From an uncultured Eubacteriales bacterium (GTDB lineage: Bacteria > Bacillota > Sulfobacillia > Fermentithermobacillales > Fermentithermobacillaceae), in contig CAZXLH010000004.1 in the NCBI GenBank assembly GCA_964641455.1, positions 14,777 through 78,776 of the forward strand: DNA of 64,000 bases. Direction: 5' to 3'. The translations under genes were made by a program, and so were the position numbers. The notes below the pieces were generated by a model, which saw only the letters and a list, made by a program, of their open reading frames with translations, had not been told where the DNA came from and did not search any database. Positions 20,627 to 29,614 of the stretch are shown piece after piece. The stretch's first letter is position 1. Each line of letters begins with the position of its first letter.

Positions 20627-21784
20627 CTACCACCTTGGCATGGTAAAGGTGTTGGAACGATAACCGGCCTCATCCATTTCCTTAACAACCATTTCAGCCA
20701 GAATCCATAATCCGGCAGCAACAAGGCTGTGCCCTCCTAAAATTACAGGGATAGGCGATTCACAAGCGCATTTAGTGAATTCTCTCACCCATACATCGTT
20801 AATCAAATCAAACCTGCCAAGATCCGACTGAAACCTGTCCCAATCTGACACCTGCTTCCTAAGATGAGCAAAAATTACCCTGGTATCGATAAAAGCGATA
20901 TCACAAATCCTGGAAAGATACTCAAAGAACTTTTTAGGGCCCAAGCCCTGTAACATAAATCCCAAGAGCGAAACCACTTCTCCGCGTTCCTGGCGCCCTA
21001 ATGCCTTCATGCCTCGTTCTTCGGAAAAAACTCTCATTCGGTGAACCATGTTCGAATTAATATATTGAATGACCGAAGGGCCTACACGCCCTATTACCGC
21101 AATTTCCCTTGAGTCATCCCTCAATATGTTCAGGGCCTGATACAGTTTATCTTTAGGCCATTTTAAAGAGTCAATGGCTTTTAAGGCTCGCTTTCCACAG
21201 TCAGGGTGAATTCCTAAAATCATGATATCTATAGGCGTATCAAGATCAAAATTAACCCGGCCTGAATTGGGAATAAGTATTCGCCTCATGCCAATGTCTC
21301 TTAAAAGGGTCCCAAGAGTATTATCGTTTTCCGGCAATTCTATTTCATCTATGGCCCGGGCAGGTGTAAATGCAACAAGATCGGCAGATTGCACATTATT
21401 TACAATTACAACGTTTCTGCTTGTCTTAAGGGTAGAAGCAATTTCGTCAAACTCTTCAGAAGCCATGAGAGGAGCGGCCGCTCCTCCCATGTAGATAACG
21501 TTTTCCAGCCGGTACTTCACAATTATCTCGCGCAATCTTGCACCAAAATGAAATTTTGATTCACCGGGGTCAAAATCTATGATTACATCAAAGTCCTTTG
21601 AAGCCTGGCCTGCAAGGCCTTTGTGGTTGGTTGCGAGCACAACTTGGTCAACCTCTGTGGCACCGGCCAATTTTGCCAAAGTATCCAAGACCACCTGTAT
21701 TCGAACATCTCTTATTATCTTATCCAGAGACGTTCGTGCTTGTCCCCCTTCAAAGATAACGGCAGTAATTTTAGGCTGCTCCAA
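20627..21784 (-). CDS. Two-domain hypothetical protein with an N-terminal CofC/MobA-like nucleotidyltransferase domain and an unknown C-terminal domain
   Basis: 385 aa. The N-terminal ~200 aa carry AVIFEGGQARTSL (compare the MobA/CofC G-loop), YMGGAAAPLMASEEF and a C-proximal RVNFDLDTPIDI (compare the NINTPEDL / DIDTPEDL motif). The C-terminal 185 aa are unassigned. Confidence 0.5.
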   Translation of the reverse strand: MEQPKITAVIFEGGQARTSLDKIIRDVRIQVVLDTLAKLAGATEVDQVVLATNHKGLAGQASKDFDVIIDFDPGESKFHFGARLREIIVKYRLENVIYMGGAAAPLMASEEFDEIASTLKTSRNVVIVNNVQSADLVAFTPARAIDEIELPENDNTLGTLLRDIGMRRILIPNSGRVNFDLDTPIDIMILGIHPDCGKRALKAIDSLKWPKDKLYQALNILRDDSREIAVIGRVGPSVIQYINSNMVHRMRVFSEERGMKALGRQERGEVVSLLGFMLQGLGPKKFFEYLSRICDIAFIDTRVIFAHLRKQVSDWDRFQSDLGRFDLINDVWVREFTKCACESPIPVILGGHSLVAAGLWILAEMVVKEMDEAGYRSNTFTMPRW

Positions 21785-21820
21785 GTTAACTCTCCTCCCG
21801 CTTCAGAAAACCACGCGCTT

Positions 21821-22336
21821 TTATTCTTCAGGCTCAATCAACCCGTAGTTACCATCTTTTCGCTTGTATATTACGTTCATAACACCTGTCTCGCCATTTG
21901 GAAACACAAAGAAGTTATGGCCCAAAAGTTCCATCTGAAGTGCAGCTTCCTCGGGCATCATAGGCTTCATGGCAAACCGTTTTAACCTTACTATCTTCCC
22001 TGTTTCCGGCTCTTCCCGATCTTTTGGTATCTTTGGTTCCTGCCTATCGCGTCTTAGCATTCTGGTTTTATATTTTTCCAGCTGGCGCTCAAGTTTCTCT
22101 GATACAAGATCGACTGAGGCAAATGCATCGTGAGCAGATTCTTCAGCTCTCACAATCATGCCATTGAGAGGTATTGTAACTTCTACCACATGTCTTTCAC
22201 GCTGAGTAGAAAAGGTGACCTGGCATACACACGGCTGATGCCGAATGTATTTATCCAGTTTAACCAGCCTTTTCTCTACATACTGCCGGAGCGCTGGGTT
22301 CACATCGGTATTCTTCCCTCGTACATTTATCTCCAT
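21821..22336 (-). CDS. hpf: Ribosome hibernation promoting factor (long form, HPF/YvyD)
   Basis: The ORF track extends to 22393, but a GGGAGG ribosome-binding site 8 nt before the internal ATG (MEINVRGKN...) supports a start at 22336. Long-HPF C-terminal dimerisation domain. Confidence 0.85.
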   Translation of the reverse strand: MEINVRGKNTDVNPALRQYVEKRLVKLDKYIRHQPCVCQVTFSTQRERHVVEVTIPLNGMIVRAEESAHDAFASVDLVSEKLERQLEKYKTRMLRRDRQEPKIPKDREEPETGKIVRLKRFAMKPMMPEEAALQMELLGHNFFVFPNGETGVMNVIYKRKDGNYGLIEPEE

Positions 22337-22583
22337 GCTGCATACCTCCCATAAAAGACTCTTTTCTTTATCATTATTCCCTCTCTGTGTCAAAGATCCC
22401 TCCAGAAACCCCTAAAGATAATTGGGCCCCTTATACGAATCTTCGACACAATATTACCAAACCTAATACACTCAATCGACACCGCCTGACAATCCACAAA
22501 CATATCCCCAACCCAAAACCGCTGTTTAACTGGTTATCAACAGAATTACCCACATTATCCACAGCCATTGACACCAATGTGTG

Positions 22584-22612
22584 TTGACTCTTTGACATGG
22601 GCATGCTATATT
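22584..22612 (+). promoter_or_regulatory. Probable sigma-A promoter for csp (-35 TTGACT, 17-nt spacer, -10 TATATT)
   Basis: Read directly from the sequence. It is followed by a ~70-nt leader with a GACGACG ... CGTCGTC hairpin before the AGGAGG ribosome-binding site. Confidence 0.5.
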
Positions 22613-22687
22613 CCGAACACGAGCTTAAAGCTCCAAAAGACGACGTGGCCGGGACCCGTCGTCGGGAAATAGGAGGAATGTCCCGAA

Positions 22688-22891
22688 ATGCAAGGTACAG
22701 TAAAATGGTTTAACGCGCAGAAAGGCTATGGTTTTATTCAACGTGATGACGGGCCGGATGTGTTCGTACATTACTCGGCAATCCAATCAGACGGATTCCG
22801 TACACTTAATGAAGGTGATCTTGTAGAATTTGACATCATCGAAGGGCCAAAAGGTCTTCAAGCTGCAAATGTAAACAAGATTTCTGAGTGA
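22688..22891 (+). CDS. cspA: Cold shock protein (CspA family)
   Basis: 67 aa with RNP motifs KGYGFI and VFVHY. Confidence 0.95.
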   Translation: MQGTVKWFNAQKGYGFIQRDDGPDVFVHYSAIQSDGFRTLNEGDLVEFDIIEGPKGLQAANVNKISE

Positions 22892-22905
22892 TCATGGCCA
22901 ACGTG

Positions 22906-22940
22906 CCCCGGTACTTACAATACCGGGGCTTTAATGTTTT
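22906..22940. terminator. Bidirectional rho-independent terminator between the convergent csp and fliT-like genes
   Basis: CCCCGGTA-cttacaa-TACCGGGG hairpin flanked by T-runs (CTTTAATGTTTTT). Confidence 0.7.
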
Positions 22941-23311
22941 TACAGTATCCTGTCAAACCGTCTGTTACGCAAGCGGCCTTTTGAATAGGCTGCCAAAACT
23001 CTGAGTTTATTGGCGATTTCCAGCATATCCTGGCTCTCACGGTTCATTTCTTCTCTTATAAGTTGTGCAATTTCTTCATCCAATTCCGTAATACAAAGGG
23101 TAATTTCCTGAACCAATTTCTTTTGAATGTCATTAGAAGGCATTTGCCGCCTGGAATCGATCTGGTTAAGCACTTCCTGCCTTTGGCCTATGAGTACCTC
23201 CAAAGCTGCAAAATTGCCGTCCCTTGCCGAATTTCTGGCATGGGCGGTTAGGGCAAGAAGTTGTTTTAGGCCTTCAACCATGGTTTGCCACAACTTCTTT
23301 CCACGCGTCAC
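22940..23311 (-). CDS. Flagellar operon protein downstream of fliS, in the FliT position. The identity is tentative.
   Basis: 123-aa helical protein placed as in fliD-fliS-fliT of B. subtilis; sequence similarity to FliT was not verifiable by eye. Confidence 0.4.
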   Translation of the reverse strand: MTRGKKLWQTMVEGLKQLLALTAHARNSARDGNFAALEVLIGQRQEVLNQIDSRRQMPSNDIQKKLVQEITLCITELDEEIAQLIREEMNRESQDMLEIANKLRVLAAYSKGRLRNRRFDRIL

Positions 23312-23669
23312 GAAGTTGAGTCATAACATTTAACGCATGGCCTATTGGTTCAGCCTCTTTTTTCAGGTTTGCTTTTAAAAGAGCCGAATAAACAAAATCA
23401 TAAAGGCTATCGAGCCCTACAGCTAAGTCTCCTGTGCTCAAATTAAGCGCTCCCCTTAATTCATCTACAATATCCTGGGCGCGCAAGAGTTTGGCGTTTG
23501 CCCCAGCCAAATCTTTTGTTTCAATGCAATTTACGGCCTCCCTCATGTTTTGGAGGCAACTGTTATAAAGCATAAGCACAAGTTCGCCTGGAGACGCAGT
23601 TCCAACCCTGGCTTGTTTGTAAGTATTCAGTGCTTTTTCCCTGTTGCCTACGTTAACGGCATTTAACAA
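23274..23669 (-). CDS. fliS: Flagellar export chaperone FliS
   Basis: 131 aa with TASPGELVLMLYNSCL ... LRDAWKEV, closely matching FliS. Confidence 0.9.
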   Translation of the reverse strand: MLNAVNVGNREKALNTYKQARVGTASPGELVLMLYNSCLQNMREAVNCIETKDLAGANAKLLRAQDIVDELRGALNLSTGDLAVGLDSLYDFVYSALLKANLKKEAEPIGHALNVMTQLRDAWKEVVANHG

Positions 23670-23695
23670 GCTTAATCACCCGTCTTTCATATCGC

Positions 23696-25057
23696 TTAAC
23701 CTGTAAACATTCCTTGTACTTGCTGAGCTAACCATAACCCCTGGGAATTCATCTGAGTAAGAAGCGTCTCCAGTGCAGTAAACTGCCTTCTTAAATTCAT
23801 AAGGCGAATCTGGAGCCGCCTTTCAAGATTGTCAATTTGACGGGCTATATCTTTGTCTTGAGACTCAAGCTGTGCATCTCTTATAGGCAAAAATCCGTTA
23901 TGGGCAGTATACATTTGCAGCACTTGTTGCAAACTTACCAACACACCTTGAGACCCTTCCTCATCGTCCCTTAAAAGCGACATCACGGCATCCCTATTGG
24001 CAGTAAGAGCGTCTCTGAATTTTGCTTCGTCAAGAGACAATTTGCCTTGCCGTGAATAAGAGCCTAGCCTACCGGTGCTTATTCCAATTGCACCCACAAA
24101 CCTGAACCCAGGAAACTTATCTGAGATTTCCCTGAATATTGTTTGGCGAACTTGAGTCAGCAACCTCTGAAGCAACGGATCGCCAAACAGCAATCCGGCT
24201 TGCCTGGTATCGCTGTCCCATGCATCATATTTGGCCGCCATATCCAAAAGGCTGTTGTATTCGCTGACGAATTGGTTAACTGCTTCGACCACTGCATCAT
24301 TGTCGTAGTCTACGGTAACCGAGGTTTTGCCGGCACTCAAAAGATTAAGTGACAATCCCGGGATTGCATCAGATATGCTGTTTGAATCTCTCTTAAAAGT
24401 AATGCCGTTAATTTTAAACTCTGCCAAACCGGAATCCACAACCGTGGTTAACCCCAGGAGGCCAGAGTCTTCAACCAGAACTTGCTTGCCTGTAGATTTG
24501 GTTTTGAGCACAAGCGTATACTCAGAAGAATTGACCTGAAGAACAGATGCGCTAATGCCCAGATCTTCTGCCTCGTTAATTTTGGCTGCAATTGAATTGA
24601 GGCTGTCAGCGTTTTCGCCGCCTTCAACAGTAATTTCGCCTGCAAATTCGCCGGCTATAGTGAAAGACAAAGTGCCTGAAAGCCCCAAGCCTTCATCTGG
24701 CCCTTGAGTGAAAACCCTTGACTGCAAAGTATGAGATTGAGCCAAAGCAATAACATCAATATCATATTTGCCGGGAGCTGCAGTCTCTGATGCAGTAGCC
24801 GAAACCACATCAAGATTGCCTACCTTAGCAACTTTTGCATCGTAAATTGTTTGGCCTAAGAGTGGTTTTATTTTCGACATTATAGAATCTAACTTGGATT
24901 GAAGATTGTTCCAAGCAACCCTTCTGTCAGCCACCAATTTTTGTTTGGCTTCAAGGGCTACCATGGGCCGTTTTTCCAGTTTCATCAATTCCTGAATCAG
25001 CGTTTCAGTGTCCAGCCCGGTGACATTCAAACTAACAGGAGAACTCAAATAGACCAC
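23696..25057 (-). CDS. fliD: Flagellar filament capping protein FliD (hook-associated protein 2)
   Basis: 453 aa with FliD N- and C-terminal heptad regions. It has a GTG or TTG start next to a GAGGTG ribosome-binding site. Confidence 0.9.
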   Translation of the reverse strand: MVYLSSPVSLNVTGLDTETLIQELMKLEKRPMVALEAKQKLVADRRVAWNNLQSKLDSIMSKIKPLLGQTIYDAKVAKVGNLDVVSATASETAAPGKYDIDVIALAQSHTLQSRVFTQGPDEGLGLSGTLSFTIAGEFAGEITVEGGENADSLNSIAAKINEAEDLGISASVLQVNSSEYTLVLKTKSTGKQVLVEDSGLLGLTTVVDSGLAEFKINGITFKRDSNSISDAIPGLSLNLLSAGKTSVTVDYDNDAVVEAVNQFVSEYNSLLDMAAKYDAWDSDTRQAGLLFGDPLLQRLLTQVRQTIFREISDKFPGFRFVGAIGISTGRLGSYSRQGKLSLDEAKFRDALTANRDAVMSLLRDDEEGSQGVLVSLQQVLQMYTAHNGFLPIRDAQLESQDKDIARQIDNLERRLQIRLMNLRRQFTALETLLTQMNSQGLWLAQQVQGMFTG

Positions 25058-25194
25058 CTCATCAAATTCTGTTCGGTCTCCGCTTTATTTAAGGCTGTTG
25101 AGCCTTAATGGCCAATTATATGCAGTTGGAAAAGGCGCTGGAATTTCCAATCAGGTAGCTAATCGAAACAATCAGGCAAACAGTTTAGCCAAAC

Positions 25195-25431
25195 CTATTC
25201 ATTTAATTCGTTTTCCAGGCAATCTATATCCAGAACCGGGTCTTTGGCCTCCATCATCTCTCTGGCAATCTCCATTTCAACTTCCTCACGCAAAATCTTG
25301 GTGCCCTGGGGAGCTTCAATACCCAGTTTCACAACAGCCCTTGAACTTCTACCCCTTACTTCTGTTACACGAATAACGATGTCATCGCCAATTACTATGG
25401 CCTCACCTACACGTCTTGACAAAACAAGCAT
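25195..25431 (-). CDS. csrA: Carbon storage regulator CsrA
   Basis: 78 aa starting MLVLSRRVGEAIVIGDDIVIRV... Confidence 0.95.
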   Translation of the reverse strand: MLVLSRRVGEAIVIGDDIVIRVTEVRGRSSRAVVKLGIEAPQGTKILREEVEMEIAREMMEAKDPVLDIDCLENELNE

Positions 25432-25432
25432 A

Positions 25433-25885
25433 TTAGCCCGTCCTTTTCATTAGGTTTCGAAGCGGCAAAAACACAAGGTGCTTGGTAGTATACTCGGGGT
25501 CAGTAGTAATTACCTGCTTGCCAAGTCTTTTTGCAGGATTAACAACAAGCGGGGCCAAAAGGTTCACTGTCATCTGTTTTACATCTTGAGGCACAGTCAC
25601 TACAGACAGCAAAACTAATTCGCTTGGATGCAAAGCCTCAAGCGGTTCAAGGTCCTGTGGGGCAAACGCCGGGTCGTAGTCACTGAACGGTACCCGGGGA
25701 TCAAGGATTACAAAGCCTAGGGATTGCGCATCAAGACACTGCAGCCATTTAAGAAGCCCGGGCTTATCCAAATCCATAACAATGAATCTTCGATATTCGG
25801 GAAATCCGATAAGGCCTTCCGGAAAGTGCAGAATATGGTCTTCCTCGACCTTGATCACCCCAAAGCGTTTTGTGGGAAATTCCAC
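25433..25885 (-). CDS. fliW: Flagellar assembly factor FliW
   Basis: 150 aa with ILHFPEGLIGFPEYRRFIV; it is adjacent to csrA. Confidence 0.9.
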   Translation of the reverse strand: MEFPTKRFGVIKVEEDHILHFPEGLIGFPEYRRFIVMDLDKPGLLKWLQCLDAQSLGFVILDPRVPFSDYDPAFAPQDLEPLEALHPSELVLLSVVTVPQDVKQMTVNLLAPLVVNPAKRLGKQVITTDPEYTTKHLVFLPLRNLMKRTG

Positions 25886-25939
25886 ATGAATCCCTCCTGT
25901 TACCGAAAAAACCTAAGGCCCAAGGGCCGAATCCAGCCT

Positions 25940-26758
25940 CTATCTCAGGTGGTCAAGCAGGCTGGGCTGAATCAACCTTGCACCTGCCGCCAGCGCGGCC
26001 TGATAAGCCGCCTCTTGAGACTTGAGTTTGATAATAACTTCTGTAAGGTCAACATCCTCAACATTAGAAAGCAGCCGCTGGTACTCAATATCGAGGCTGG
26101 TTGTCTTTTCATTCAGAATGTCCAACCTTCGAAGTTTGGCGCCATTTTCGGCTCGTGCAGTCAATACTCCGTTGATTAAATCGTCTAAGTGGCCTATTCC
26201 CTCTTGTATGGCACTGTCGTTCGAATCGTTAAGCGTATCAGCCAGGCCATTTATCTCTTCAATATTATCCAATAGTTGTTCCAAATCTTTCACATACCCG
26301 GAAACAGTTACATCAGTAGCAAGCCTCCACTCAGGCATGGTTCCCAAAAGCAGTTTTCGCCCATCGACTGTGGTTTCCTTAATACTTGTTGCTTCATCAT
26401 AAAGCTGGCTGATTTCTGCAGCAATGGCTTTCCTTGCGTCAGGAGGAGTAGTTCCGGTAGCTCCGTACAGAGCAAGTTCATGAGCTCTTGAAAGCACATT
26501 GGTCAGATGAGAAAGAGTTTGCTCGGTTTGCTCCATCCAGGTCCTGGCCTTGTCTAAGTTCCGCATATACTGCTTGCTTACAGAAAGGTGGTGCCTTATG
26601 GATACAGACCGCCCTGTGCCTACAGGATCATCCTGTGGCCTCAAAATTGCACGGCGCGATGTAACCTGATCTTGAAGTTTGCCAAGCCCTCTTTCAATGT
26701 TGAAAATATTATAAAGGAAGTTTCGTTCCACAGATTGATCTGTCACACGCACAAACAT
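25940..26758 (-). CDS. flgL: Flagellar hook-associated protein 3 FlgL
   Basis: 272 aa with flagellin-like N- and C-terminal helices (MRVTDQS ... LLDHLR), in the flgK-flgL-fliW order. Confidence 0.85.
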   Translation of the reverse strand: MFVRVTDQSVERNFLYNIFNIERGLGKLQDQVTSRRAILRPQDDPVGTGRSVSIRHHLSVSKQYMRNLDKARTWMEQTEQTLSHLTNVLSRAHELALYGATGTTPPDARKAIAAEISQLYDEATSIKETTVDGRKLLLGTMPEWRLATDVTVSGYVKDLEQLLDNIEEINGLADTLNDSNDSAIQEGIGHLDDLINGVLTARAENGAKLRRLDILNEKTTSLDIEYQRLLSNVEDVDLTEVIIKLKSQEAAYQAALAAGARLIQPSLLDHLR

Positions 26759-26787
26759 CTACCTCCGTTTCTCAAACACAACCGCAA

Positions 26788-28230
26788 TTACCGGCCCCCT
26801 AAGCCCATTCTGTTAATAATAGTATCGAGCATTTCATCAGCAACGGTAATCACCCTGCCGGCCGCATTAAACGCATGCTGCTCCCTTATCAAATAAGTGA
26901 CTTCTTCATCAAGGGATACCCCGCTTATAGAATCTTTCCTGTTTGCCAATTCCTTGGCCAGTAATTGTTGGGTATCATAGCCACTTTCCACTTTTTGCCC
27001 TTCTACACCTAAACCGCCTATAATTGCCATCCATTTTTCAGTAAAGTTGCCGCCAAGCAATTGGCTAAACTCACTCGTTTCTGCCAACTCATCAAGGTAA
27101 TCATTTTGAATGCCTTCTATAAAATCAGCTATGGCCAAAGCCAGGCCTCCGTCTAGAGAATCGGAAGTTGCTGCGGTTCTGATTATGCGCGGATCTTCCA
27201 CAATTGCGCTATGTATCGCAATTGTTCCAACCACATCGCCGTCGATAAATTGAAAAAACGGAATGTCCGGGCCTGGCTCAGATTTCAGGTTTGACCTATA
27301 TATAAAGTTGATACCGTCTGCAAGCTCTTTTACCTTGTCTTGTAACTCCTGCTTGAACCTGCCGGCTATTTGATCCCTGGCAATTTTGTGCCCGCAAAGG
27401 CTTCCGCCAATTGAATCCAAATTTATCTTATCGTTTTCGTTAGGCCCTGTAATAATATAGAATTTGACACCTTCACCGGTTATGGTTTTCCCGAGTTTGT
27501 AGAATTTGCTCCCGTCTACTAACGGGACACCTCCTAAGTTAACTTTGACTGTGCCATCGTCAAGATAACTGACTGTGGCGCCTGTAAGTTCAGCCATCTC
27601 ATCAATAAGCAGATCTCGCCTGTCCATCAAATCTCCAACCGGCTCTTTTCTGGCAAGCGCCCTGGAGATCTCAATATTCAACGAACTTACTCTTTCAGCC
27701 AGAAGATTTACTTTGTCTACAGTAGCTTTAATTCCGTCTTCTATATCTTCGGTAAGTGAATCTATCTGGCTTCCCAGGTGCCTCAGCATATCAGTAAGAG
27801 AACGCCCGGCCTCTGACAACTGGGCACGCGCTGAATCGGACTGTGGCTCAGAAGACAAATCGTGCCATGCAGCCCAAAAGAAGTCGACTGATTCTCTTAT
27901 GCTCGAATCAGACGGCTCTGCAAACACCACCTGCAAATGATCCAGCACATTTTTTTGAATTTCAAAAACAGCTTTTTTTGCTTGCTCATTTCTCAAGACA
28001 GCATCAACAAATTTATCCCTGGCCCGGACAACATCGGTAACTTTAACACCCAACCCTGCAACTCCTGCGCTCAAGGGTATTCTCTGGACAATAGGCTCCA
28101 AAATTACCCGCTGGCGTGAATAACCGGGAGTAGCGGCATTAGCTATGTTGTGCCCTGTAACATCCATTGCACGCCTGGATGCAACCAGTGCCGACTTTCC
28201 AATTTCGAGAGTCGTAAATGTTGAAGACAA
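26788..28230 (-). CDS. flgK: Flagellar hook-associated protein 1 FlgK
   Basis: The ORF track extends to 28269, but a GGAGGTG ribosome-binding site supports a TTG start at 28230 (LSSTFTTLEIGKSALVAS...). Confidence 0.9.
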   Translation of the reverse strand: MSSTFTTLEIGKSALVASRRAMDVTGHNIANAATPGYSRQRVILEPIVQRIPLSAGVAGLGVKVTDVVRARDKFVDAVLRNEQAKKAVFEIQKNVLDHLQVVFAEPSDSSIRESVDFFWAAWHDLSSEPQSDSARAQLSEAGRSLTDMLRHLGSQIDSLTEDIEDGIKATVDKVNLLAERVSSLNIEISRALARKEPVGDLMDRRDLLIDEMAELTGATVSYLDDGTVKVNLGGVPLVDGSKFYKLGKTITGEGVKFYIITGPNENDKINLDSIGGSLCGHKIARDQIAGRFKQELQDKVKELADGINFIYRSNLKSEPGPDIPFFQFIDGDVVGTIAIHSAIVEDPRIIRTAATSDSLDGGLALAIADFIEGIQNDYLDELAETSEFSQLLGGNFTEKWMAIIGGLGVEGQKVESGYDTQQLLAKELANRKDSISGVSLDEEVTYLIREQHAFNAAGRVITVADEMLDTIINRMGLGGR

Positions 28231-28246
28231 ATAAGCCACCTCCAAT

Positions 28247-28681
28247 CTAAACTTTTTGGTCAAATGCAATAGGTGAAGTTTCGGAAACTTTGAAGTAATC
28301 TTGCTTGGGCATCAGCAAACCTAATTCATACCTTACAATTTCAAGGCTCTTAGATATGAGTGTCTGGTTTCTTTGATTAAGCCTTTTAAGCGAAAGTGCT
28401 TTTTGCTTAAGCGCCTCTTTGAGTTGCACCGTTTGTTTGCAGCCACCGGTTTCCGAAAGCCCAAGGCCATTTTCCTCAAACTCAGTTTGGAGCGAATTGA
28501 GTTCTTGAACTACCTTCTCTTCCCTTAGAATAATCTCCTCGAGCCCTTTGCAATCACCGGCAACTACCAACTGTTGTTTCTCATTAGCCAATTCCAACAG
28601 TTTATCTAAAACCGATCCCATATTTCTCAATAAAAAAAGAAGGTTAGAACTTGAAGACTCCATTATCATCGCCCCTTTCAA
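28247..28681 (-). CDS. flgN: Flagellar protein FlgN-like chaperone
   Basis: 144-aa helical protein between flgM and flgK, as in B. subtilis flgM-yvyG-flgK. Confidence 0.6.
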   Translation of the reverse strand: MKGAMIMESSSSNLLFLLRNMGSVLDKLLELANEKQQLVVAGDCKGLEEIILREEKVVQELNSLQTEFEENGLGLSETGGCKQTVQLKEALKQKALSLKRLNQRNQTLISKSLEIVRYELGLLMPKQDYFKVSETSPIAFDQKV

Positions 28682-28728
28682 AGGGACGGCAGCAATCTCT
28701 GAGTGTAAAACGTTTGTGAGGCAAGTCT

Positions 28729-29073
28729 TTACCGGATCTTGTCAACCAACAGCCTTCCCATTAGTTTGTCAGCAACCAATTTGGGATCAACTGAGTAATC
28801 TCCGGACTCAACTGCTTTGGCAAGCGGCTCAACTTTGTCACGGCGAATATCAGGAATCTTATTGACCAATTGCTTAATTCTTTCAATATCTTCCGGGTTA
28901 AACGACAACCTAATATCGTCTTGCTTGCCTTTCTCGGAAAGCCCGTCACTACGTGAGACTACCCTTGTAGTCTTGCCGGTCTTATATATCTTACGGACTT
29001 GATCTATCTGCGTTCTCGAGATCATCATTTTGACATCGCCTCTTTCAATTTCGCTACCGTCCATGATACTCAT
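28729..29073 (-). CDS. flgM: Anti-sigma-28 factor FlgM. The true start is probably the internal MMISRT near 29028.
   Basis: C-terminal DKVEPLAKAVESGDYSVDPKLVADKLM is a typical FlgM sigma-binding region. Confidence 0.85.
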   Translation of the reverse strand: MSIMDGSEIERGDVKMMISRTQIDQVRKIYKTGKTTRVVSRSDGLSEKGKQDDIRLSFNPEDIERIKQLVNKIPDIRRDKVEPLAKAVESGDYSVDPKLVADKLMGRLLVDKIR

Positions 29074-29114
29074 CGTGTCAGAGAGCCAGGACGTTTAGCT
29101 TTGTTTTCAAAAAC

Positions 29115-29558
29115 CTACCTCCGCTTTCTGCGGATGAGATCGATTGTATACATTTGCTCGCCGGTTTTGGGCTTTTGTTTGTGCATGCTTACTTTAGGGC
29201 CTTCCTCACCAACTCTGGCGTCTGAATCTAAAGGGCTGATTTGAGCGCCTGAAAGCGCCTCCTGGCATTTTGCACATATCTTGCCTTTTGGAATAGGTTT
29301 CTTGCATATTGCGCACTTGCTTTTCTCATACCCATGGGCGGTCCCTACCAAAAACCCGCGGCGTATAAATTCTGTGACCACTTCAACCGGAACACCGGTG
29401 CCCTCACTTACCTCTCTGGCAGAAGCCATTTTATTCGCTGATAAAAATTGCTTTACAATCTCGAACTGCTCCTCTTCTTCTTTGAAACATTCCGGGCATA
29501 CCAAAGAACCGGAGCTCACAAAAATTTTCCCACATTTACTGCAATTCTTAATATCCAT
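29115..29558 (-). CDS. Flagellar operon zinc-ribbon protein (YvyF / TIGR03826-like)
   Basis: MDIKNCSKCGKIF ... CPECF N-terminus and the yvyF-flgM arrangement, as in B. subtilis. Confidence 0.75.
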   Translation of the reverse strand: MDIKNCSKCGKIFVSSGSLVCPECFKEEEEQFEIVKQFLSANKMASAREVSEGTGVPVEVVTEFIRRGFLVGTAHGYEKSKCAICKKPIPKGKICAKCQEALSGAQISPLDSDARVGEEGPKVSMHKQKPKTGEQMYTIDLIRRKRR

Positions 29559-29614
29559 GTGTACCTACCTTTCTGTGCCCACAGCCTACGAAACACCGAA
29601 AACCGGTGCTCTAA

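Noticed and set aside
22940-23311. Calling the 123-aa protein downstream of fliS definitively FliT
   Set aside because: Position and size fit the B. subtilis fliD-fliS-fliT order. I could not confirm sequence similarity, so it is kept as a tentative flagellar-operon protein.
25058-25194. A hidden small flagellin or flaG gene in the csrA-fliD gap
   Set aside because: The gap is only 137 nt and contains no ORF in any frame long enough to encode either protein.
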